Assembly (NCBI GenBank): GCA_041483175.1
Contig: JBGPFD010000001.1
Span: 1 to 47,807 of the forward strand
From: Thermoanaerobaculia bacterium
GTDB taxonomy: Bacteria > Acidobacteriota > Thermoanaerobaculia > Gp7-AA8
DNA length: 47,807 nucleotides
Reading direction: 5' to 3'
Both the position numbers and the translations under genes were made by a program. The first letter of the stretch is position 1; every line of letters starts with the position of its first letter. The notes below the pieces were generated by a model. The model did not search any database. It was not told where the DNA came from and saw nothing but the letters and a program-made list of their open reading frames with translations. Shown in pieces: positions 34,337 to 41,120 of the stretch.

Positions 34337-35967
34337 GCGTGATAGGCGACCGCAATTGCGTTGCGACCCCCAAAATAAATGATGTCGCCGTCTTTGAGAT
34401 ACCGTTTGTCGATCTTCTGATCGTTGACGTACGTTCCATTGGACGAATTCCGATCGATCAGCAATACCTTGCCATCGATCGACACGACCTCGGCGTGGAG
34501 GCGCGAGACCTTCGGGTTTTCCAATACGATCTCACAAATCGACGATTCCCGCCCGATCCGGATTCCCGAACCGCCGAGCCCGAGGCGCTCCCCCGCCCGG
34601 TCGCCGTTCAGAATTGTGAAACGCCCCAGAAGCAACGGGACCTGGCTCGCCGTGGTGTCGCTTCCCTGCCGTCCCACCGGAGCCACGACCGTTTCCACCG
34701 TCTTCGCGGTCAGCAGATCTTTCGGGATGCGGTGGCGCCGCGAGGTCAGCGCGATGATCACCGTCACCAGCACCACCAGCGCGCCAACCCCGATGGCGCC
34801 GGTAATCAGAGGATGCAGCCGCCACATCGGCATCGACTGCAGCCCACGGTCAACATCGCGGCGGAAGCGGACCAGGTCGGGAGAGCTGGGAAAGAGGGCG
34901 CTCGACAGCGTCAGCTCTTCTTTCGCCACGGTCCATTTGCCGTCGACGGCAGCCTGCAGCGCCTTCCGCCAATGCCGGTTGAACTCTCCGCCGATGTTGA
35001 ACGCCAGGTGCGCCGCGCTCAGGAAATCCTTGGCCACGTTGATCGGGACGAGAAACTTGATCTGCTCCGCATCGCTTCGCCCCCAGGTGGAGATGCCGAC
35101 GACCTCACCATCGCGATTGACCGCCGGCCCGCCCGAGTTTCCGCGATAAATGCCGACGTTCGATTGGAACACCGGCGCGTTGTTGATGTCGCGTTTGATG
35201 GCGGTGATGGTGCCGTTGGCCAGCGTCGCTTCGAGATCGCTTTCGCGCGACAGCCAGCCGCCGATGATGTCGTCGGTACTGCTGGCCACGGCGGGATAGC
35301 CAATGGACCACACCGAATCGCCGACGCGAACGGCGTCGGAATCGCCGAGCTGCAGCGCCGGCAGGTCCTTTCGCCCGGCGACGCGCAGCAGCGCGAGATC
35401 GGCCCCGCGCTCGTTCAATGCGGGCGAGTAGCGCTCGACGCGGAACGGCAGCTTCTCGCCATTCGAGAGTTCGACCTCGTTGACGATGACGACGTGATCG
35501 AGCCGCCCCTTCGCGGCAAGCGCGAGCTCATGCCGCTCCAGCGCGTCGCCGCGATAGAGCCGCCGAAGCTCGTCGACCGGAAAATGCTTCAGCAGCGCGG
35601 AGATCGCTCCGTTCCGCAGCAGCTCCTTCTCCAGCGCGGCGTTGTCGCGTGTCTGCGCGATAACGTGCCCGCTGGTGAGAATCCAGCCGTCTGGATTGAT
35701 GATGAATCCGCTCCCTGACCCACCCGCCCCGGTCTCCACGGTGCTTTCCACCGTACCGTCACGCCAGGTCAGGCCGACTTCATGCGCGATGTCATCGAGC
35801 GCCTTCGCCGGATAATGAAACTGCGCCGTGGCGTAGGCGTTGATGCGCACCACCGCGGGCTTGACCGCGTATGCCATCTTCTGCACGTCGTCGAGACGCG
35901 ACACGTCGCGGCGGCAGGCAACAGCCACCAGCAACAGAAGGAGGAGGCGTCGGGAACCGGGAGACAT
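34333..35967 (-). CDS. Trypsin-like (S1/Trypsin_2) serine protease, one TM helix, then a C-terminal FHA domain.
   Basis: N-terminal signal/anchor LLLLLLVAVAC. Triad contexts are LTSGHV, DLALLRV and GNSGGPAV. The TM helix is LITGAIGVGALVVLVTVIIAL. The FHA part is IRIGRESSICEIVLENPKVSRLHAEVV...DRNSSNGTYVND. Confidence 0.85.
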   Translation of the reverse strand: MSPGSRRLLLLLLVAVACRRDVSRLDDVQKMAYAVKPAVVRINAYATAQFHYPAKALDDIAHEVGLTWRDGTVESTVETGAGGSGSGFIINPDGWILTSGHVIAQTRDNAALEKELLRNGAISALLKHFPVDELRRLYRGDALERHELALAAKGRLDHVVIVNEVELSNGEKLPFRVERYSPALNERGADLALLRVAGRKDLPALQLGDSDAVRVGDSVWSIGYPAVASSTDDIIGGWLSRESDLEATLANGTITAIKRDINNAPVFQSNVGIYRGNSGGPAVNRDGEVVGISTWGRSDAEQIKFLVPINVAKDFLSAAHLAFNIGGEFNRHWRKALQAAVDGKWTVAKEELTLSSALFPSSPDLVRFRRDVDRGLQSMPMWRLHPLITGAIGVGALVVLVTVIIALTSRRHRIPKDLLTAKTVETVVAPVGRQGSDTTASQVPLLLGRFTILNGDRAGERLGLGGSGIRIGRESSICEIVLENPKVSRLHAEVVSIDGKVLLIDRNSSNGTYVNDQKIDKRYLKDGDIIYFGGRNAIAVAYHA

Positions 35968-35979
35968 GGCAGCGGTGGT

Positions 35980-36876
35980 TTATCGTGAAGAACGCGGAGC
36001 AGAGGTGGTCATTCCCGTACCGGGGCGATCCTTCACTGTATCTTCAAAGGGAGCGTGGTCGTCGCGCGTCTCGTCGCCGGGCTGACCGGCGCGAACGACC
36101 CTGGCCACGATCACCGTCACGTTGTCGGGAGCGCCGCGCTCCAGCGCCAGGCGCACGAATTCGTCCGCGGCCGCCTGCTGCGGAAGCTTGCCAATCTTCC
36201 GGATCTCGTCTTCCTTGACCATGCCGTGCAGCCCGTCGCTGCACAGGATGAAGACATCGTTCTCGCGGACGTCGAGCGGCCCGCGGACGTCAATCTCCAC
36301 TTGTTCGCCAACCCCGATCGAGCGCTGCAGGACGTTCCGGCGCGGATGGTTTTCCGCCTCCTGCGACGTCAGCAGTCCCTCCCGCACCATCGTCGCTACC
36401 AGTGAGTGGTCCTCAGTCAGTTGTTTGATGGCATCGCCGCGGATGCCGTAGATGCGCGAGTCGCCGACGTGGGCGAACCACGCCTGCGATCCGCGGATGA
36501 CCAGCGCCGACGTCGTGGTGCCCATGCCGCGCAGATCGGCATTCGACTGTGCCTCGGAAAATACGCGCGCGTTCGCGCTGGCGAGGGCGTCGCGAAGCGA
36601 GGCCGCGACGTCTGCCGTCTCGCTGCCGAGGTATTGCGCCTTCACCGTTTCGCCTGCCAGGCGGGAGGCGGTCGCACCGCCCCGGTGGCCACCCATCCCG
36701 TCGGCCACGATCAGCAGCCGCCCGCCGGGATGACTGGCCGCCTCTTCGCGCGGCGTGGTGTACGTTCCGAAGTCCTGGTTTTCCGCGCGCACCCGCCCCA
36801 CGTCAGTCTTCAAGACTGCCTGCACGATGAGGCGATCAGTGGAGGTCACAGGTGCTGGCGCAGGTTGTTCGGTCAT
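35980..36876 (-). CDS. PP2C-family Ser/Thr phosphatase (Stp/PstP-like); first gene of the operon.
   Basis: DVGRVRAENQDF, IVADGMGGHRGG, HVGDSRIY, LCSDGL and DNVTVIV. Confidence 0.9.
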   Translation of the reverse strand: MTEQPAPAPVTSTDRLIVQAVLKTDVGRVRAENQDFGTYTTPREEAASHPGGRLLIVADGMGGHRGGATASRLAGETVKAQYLGSETADVAASLRDALASANARVFSEAQSNADLRGMGTTTSALVIRGSQAWFAHVGDSRIYGIRGDAIKQLTEDHSLVATMVREGLLTSQEAENHPRRNVLQRSIGVGEQVEIDVRGPLDVRENDVFILCSDGLHGMVKEDEIRKIGKLPQQAAADEFVRLALERGAPDNVTVIVARVVRAGQPGDETRDDHAPFEDTVKDRPGTGMTTSAPRSSR

Positions 36877-37001
36877 CCGATTGAACGGCTTGGAAGACTC
36901 GAGAACTCGGTCGTTCTATGTTGCTGAACGGTGGTCGATTATAGCGGCTTATTCGAGGTAAACCGCCAAAAGCAGGCAACATCCCGTACCCTTAGGAGTG
37001 C

Positions 37002-38423
37002 ATGCACGGCAGAGCGCGCCGGCGGCTCGGTGGGTGGATGTTACTGCTCGTCGCGGTGCTCGCCGTACGCGCCGCCGCGCAACAGCCAGCCGAAGCCGCC
37101 GCGCTCCAACAGGCCCAGAAGCTCGCCTGGAGCCGGCATTTCGCCGAAGCCGAACGGATCTATCGCCACTTGCTGCGGCAGTCGCCGAACTCGCGTGACG
37201 TGCGGGTCGGGCTCGCACGCGTTCTTCTGTGGGAAGGACGTTACCGCGAGGCGCGCACGATGTTTCTGCAGCTCGTGGCGCGGCATCCATCGGATGTCGA
37301 CGCCGCGGAGGGAGCGGCGACCGCTGCGTACTGGCAGGGCGACTTCCGCACCGCCGCGCGCGAATTCCGCGCCCTCGCCGCTGCCCACCCGGAACGGACG
37401 TCGGCGGTCAAGAGCCTGCACGACATCCTGCTCGCCACGCGTGGCAGCGAGCGCGTATTGCTTGACGCCACGAACGACAATCAGCCATACCGCCTGTGGC
37501 GTTCGGAGGCGGTTGCCTCCGTCTTTTCCGACCCGCTGACGCGATGGGATGTGACGGCGGGCGTCTGGCGCGCTGACAACCCAAGGCTCTCCGTGGTCCG
37601 CAGCGGCCCGTATGTAGTCGTCAGCAACGAAGTGGGGCTGCCTTGGCAGCGATTGACGATTACGACGAGCGCCGGCGTCCTCCGCTGGCCTGACGGGACG
37701 ACCCGACCGATCGGCGGAGTCGCGGCGCGACTGCGCACGTCGGCCACTTCGTCGATCGAAGCGGCCATCGACCACCGCGAACTGCTGCGCACCTCCACCG
37801 CAATCGGCGGTCGTCCCGCCGTCACGCGGATGCTCCTCAGCTGGAGCCGCTACGCCGAAAAAGAGTGGCTCGCCGGCTTCGAGTCAGGACGCCTGCAATA
37901 CTTCGATCGAAACCGCGGCTGGTACGTTCAAGGCTACGGCTTGTGGCCGGTAATGGGGCGCGGGCCGCTCACCGTCTTTGCCGGTGCTTCCGCCGCGCTG
38001 CGCGATACGCGCGACAGCAGGTTCTACATCGAAGCGATCGCGTCGGAGCGGTCGGGCTCGGAATTTCTCTACGCCTATCGCGGCGCGTACACGCCGTACT
38101 GGACGCCGCAACACCTGCAGGAAACGCGCGCGATCGTCACCGCGTCGGAGGCGGTCGCGCGAAACGCCACCATCAAAATCCAGGCAGAGGCCGGCGTTGC
38201 CCGTGACCGCGCGCAATCTTTCGGACCGTCGGAAGGACCCTCACCTCTCCCGTCGACGATCTTCGTCTTCGACTTTCAAAGGACATTCCACCCGACGCGA
38301 TTTTCCATCGGCGCATCGCTGGCGCTTTCTCCGGTCTACGCGCTGGAGCTGAGCGCAGAGCGAAACACGACCGTCTTCTACCGTGCGAAGGAGTTCCGTG
38401 CGACCGTGGTCCGACATCGCTGA
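37002..38423 (+). CDS. TPR-repeat protein with a putative C-terminal outer-membrane beta-barrel (PgaA/NfrA/YaiO-like exopolysaccharide porin candidate).
   Basis: aggag RBS and a signal peptide. There are three TPR-like repeats (AEAERIYRHLLRQSPNSRDVRVGLARVLLWEGRYREARTMF...). These are followed by about 300 aa of alternating beta-strand-like pattern. The barrel assignment is inferred from pattern and context, not from a motif. Confidence 0.5.
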   Translation: MHGRARRRLGGWMLLLVAVLAVRAAAQQPAEAAALQQAQKLAWSRHFAEAERIYRHLLRQSPNSRDVRVGLARVLLWEGRYREARTMFLQLVARHPSDVDAAEGAATAAYWQGDFRTAAREFRALAAAHPERTSAVKSLHDILLATRGSERVLLDATNDNQPYRLWRSEAVASVFSDPLTRWDVTAGVWRADNPRLSVVRSGPYVVVSNEVGLPWQRLTITTSAGVLRWPDGTTRPIGGVAARLRTSATSSIEAAIDHRELLRTSTAIGGRPAVTRMLLSWSRYAEKEWLAGFESGRLQYFDRNRGWYVQGYGLWPVMGRGPLTVFAGASAALRDTRDSRFYIEAIASERSGSEFLYAYRGAYTPYWTPQHLQETRAIVTASEAVARNATIKIQAEAGVARDRAQSFGPSEGPSPLPSTIFVFDFQRTFHPTRFSIGASLALSPVYALELSAERNTTVFYRAKEFRATVVRHR

Positions 38424-38424
38424 A

Positions 38425-39954
38425 ATGTTCCGCCATCGTCGGGCGGCGCCCGTGCGCTTGTGGGAGCGCGCGCTGCTGGGCGTTCTGCTCTTTCTGGGAT
38501 TGTGGAGCGTGATCTATTTCGGCTTCTGGTGGTTCCAGCTCGATCACGTGAATGAGCCGCTGCTGTTCGTGCTCCTGTCGCTTGCCACGTGGTACGGCGT
38601 TTTTCGGATGATGGTCGGCTGGTACAACGCCTTTCACATCGAGCAACCCGACCCGCTGCCGCCACCGGACGGCCTCTCCGTGGCCATCTTCACGACCTCG
38701 TCACCGGGCGAGCCGTACGAAATGTTCGTTCGCACTCTTGCCGCGGCGCGCGAGGTGCGTTACCCGCACACGACCTACCTGCTCGACGACACGCGCGATC
38801 CGCGATTCGCCCGACTGGCGGCCGAGATGGGAGCGGTGCATCTCGAGCTGATCGGAATCCCGGGCGCCAAGGCGGGAAAGATCAACGCGGCGCTGGAGCG
38901 AACCACCGAGGAGTTCATTCTGGTTCTCGACCCGGACCACATCCCGTTTCCGGAGTTTCTCGACCGCGTCCTCGGCTATTTCCACGACGAGCAGGTGGGC
39001 TTCGTTCAGGTCGCGCAGGCCTATCACAATGCCGGCGAGTCGTTCGTGGCGCGCGCGGCGGCGGAGCAGACCTTTTCCTTTTACGGCCCGATCATGCAGG
39101 GGATGCACGGAACGGGAACGGCGGTGGCCATCGGCGCAAACTGCACGTTCCGCCGCAGCGCGCTGCAGTCGATCGGCGGCCATGGGATCGGGCTGGCGGA
39201 AGATCTGGTCACCTCGATCCGCCTGCACGCCCGCGGGTGGAAATCGGTCTATGTGCCGGAGATCGTCTCGCGCGGGCTGGTGCCGTCGGACCTCGATTCC
39301 TTCCTCAAGCAACAGCTCAAGTGGTCGCGCGGCGTCCATGACGTCCTATTTCGCGAGTATCCTCGAGCATTCCGCCGGCTGACGGCCCACCAGAAAATTT
39401 CCTACTTCATGATCGGCAGCTACTACATCGTCGGCCTCACCTCGTTCATCTACATCACCATTCCGCTCGTCTATCTCTGGACCGGCCATCAACCGGCTGC
39501 CTTTCTTCTTTCCGAGTATGTCCAGCACGCGCTGCCGGTGGGACTTCTGGGCGTGGTGATCTACCGCTTCGTCCAGCGATGGCTTTGCGATCCGCTCCGC
39601 GAACGCGGCAGCCACTGGCGGGGTACGCTGATGAAGCTCGGCACCTGGAACGTCTACCTCAAAGGACTGGTTCTGGCGCTCCTCGGAGTCGCCGTTCCGT
39701 ACATTCCGACGGCGAAGGAACGAAAGCGCGGCCGTTTTTGGAAGCTCGCACGCGTGCCGATGGTCACCATCGCGTTGTCGCTGACCACGCTGGTCTGGAC
39801 CGCGTTCCGGCAGTTGTTCGTGCTGCCGGAATCGGAGGTGCGGATCACGACGGAAGTGACATTCGGCATGGTGGCGTTCACCATCATGAATACTGTATTG
39901 ATGAGCGGCAGGATTTACGCTGCCTGGCAGGATCGCGAGCGAGTCGAAGAATGA
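38425..39954 (+). CDS. Processive GT2 glycosyltransferase, cellulose-synthase-like, without a PilZ domain.
   Basis: Two N-terminal TM helices. Catalytic motifs are LLDDTRD, VLDPDH, GLAEDL (TED-like) and QQLKWSRG (QxxRW-like, with K in place of R). Multiple C-terminal TM helices. ATG 38425 lies 1 nt after the upstream stop. Confidence 0.85.
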   Translation: MFRHRRAAPVRLWERALLGVLLFLGLWSVIYFGFWWFQLDHVNEPLLFVLLSLATWYGVFRMMVGWYNAFHIEQPDPLPPPDGLSVAIFTTSSPGEPYEMFVRTLAAAREVRYPHTTYLLDDTRDPRFARLAAEMGAVHLELIGIPGAKAGKINAALERTTEEFILVLDPDHIPFPEFLDRVLGYFHDEQVGFVQVAQAYHNAGESFVARAAAEQTFSFYGPIMQGMHGTGTAVAIGANCTFRRSALQSIGGHGIGLAEDLVTSIRLHARGWKSVYVPEIVSRGLVPSDLDSFLKQQLKWSRGVHDVLFREYPRAFRRLTAHQKISYFMIGSYYIVGLTSFIYITIPLVYLWTGHQPAAFLLSEYVQHALPVGLLGVVIYRFVQRWLCDPLRERGSHWRGTLMKLGTWNVYLKGLVLALLGVAVPYIPTAKERKRGRFWKLARVPMVTIALSLTTLVWTAFRQLFVLPESEVRITTEVTFGMVAFTIMNTVLMSGRIYAAWQDRERVEE

Positions 39955-41120
39955 AAGCGAGAAAGCGCTACCAGATTGCGTTTTTCGCGCTCGGCTGGCT
40001 GATCGCCATCGGCCTGCTGTTCCAGTTCGGGCTGGGCGCCGGATTTCAGGCTGTCTACGATGAAATCGGCGACCGCGTGCGGCACATCGCGCAGCGGTTC
40101 TCCGACACCGAAGGCGACGTGGTCACCAGCGTCCGCCGCACTTCGCGCAGCGACTACCTCGCACCGCTGCGGCCGACGCTCTCCTCCGTAGCTGCGCTGC
40201 GGAATCCTTCGTTGATGCTATTTGGAGTCTACGACGGCGGCTTTCCCAACACCTTCGCTGGATTGGAAAAGTTCGAATCGGAAGTCAATTACAAGTTCCC
40301 GATCATTTCCTTTTATGTCGCCTGGGGCGACAAGCCCGCCGAGCAGTTCCCGACGCGCATGGTGGAGACGATCAACCGCATGGGATCGGTGCCGCTGATC
40401 ACCTGGGAACCGTGGGTCGTCGACTTCGATGAGCGAATCCGCAGCAATCTTCCGCGCGCGGCGGAACGCGAGTACGCCTGTCTGGCGGCGATCGCCCGCG
40501 GCGAGTACGACTTCTACATCGTGACCTGGGCGAAGGCGGCAGCGGCGTACCACAAGCCGATGTTTCTCCGCTTTGCGCACGAGATGAACGATCCGTATCG
40601 CTATCCGTGGGGCCCGCAGAACGGCAATCGTCCGGAGGACTTCATCGCCGCCTGGAAACACGTGCATCTGATTTTTCAGAAGATGGGAGCGGACAACGTG
40701 TTGTGGGTCTGGTCACCGCACATCTCCATGTCCTGGTTCGAGTACTACTACCCCGGGCCGGAGTTCGTCGATTGGATCGGCATCGGTGTCCTCAACTACG
40801 GCAACGTCGCCTCGTGGTCGCGCTGGTGGAGCTTTCATCAGATCCTGGAGAAGTCGTATCCGTCGCTGCTGAAGCTGAACGAGCCGATCATGATTTGCGA
40901 GTTCGGCACGCTGACCAAAGGTGGCAACGCGTACGAGTGGTACCGCCAGGCGTTCTACCACATCGATCACACCTATCACCGCGGTGTGCGGGCGATCGTG
41001 CTGTTCAACCAGGAGAACGACAACACCATGACCTCGCTGGCGCTCGACTGGAGCGTCAATCAGGATCCGAGCGCGCGCGCCCTCGTCGCCCAGCAGCTCG
41101 CGCAACACTCCGCGCTCTAG
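39951..41120 (+). CDS. Membrane-anchored glycoside hydrolase, GH26-like (beta-mannanase/beta-glucanase clan GH-A).
   Basis: ATG 39951 overlaps the synthase TGA (ATGA). The N-terminal anchor is IAFFALGWLIAIGLLF. FLRFAHEMN and PIMICEFG contain the two catalytic Glu contexts typical of GH26. Confidence 0.75.
   Translation: MKARKRYQIAFFALGWLIAIGLLFQFGLGAGFQAVYDEIGDRVRHIAQRFSDTEGDVVTSVRRTSRSDYLAPLRPTLSSVAALRNPSLMLFGVYDGGFPNTFAGLEKFESEVNYKFPIISFYVAWGDKPAEQFPTRMVETINRMGSVPLITWEPWVVDFDERIRSNLPRAAEREYACLAAIARGEYDFYIVTWAKAAAAYHKPMFLRFAHEMNDPYRYPWGPQNGNRPEDFIAAWKHVHLIFQKMGADNVLWVWSPHISMSWFEYYYPGPEFVDWIGIGVLNYGNVASWSRWWSFHQILEKSYPSLLKLNEPIMICEFGTLTKGGNAYEWYRQAFYHIDHTYHRGVRAIVLFNQENDNTMTSLALDWSVNQDPSARALVAQQLAQHSAL

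Noticed and set aside
39579-39950. Upstream extensions of the GH26 ORF (from 39579), the cyclase ORF (from 45443), the DUF1573 ORF (from 4465), the cupin ORF (from 14659) and the DUF4097 ORF (from 19895).
   Set aside because: The extensions overlap the preceding genes or repeat regions and translate to Arg-rich junk. Internal ATGs with RBS, signal peptide or stop-start coupling fit better.
38425-39954. PilZ or other c-di-GMP receptor domain at the C-terminus of the GT2 synthase.
   Set aside because: The C-terminal roughly 170 aa are hydrophobic TM segments ending in ...AAWQDRERVEE. No RxxxR plus D/NxSxxG pattern is visible.
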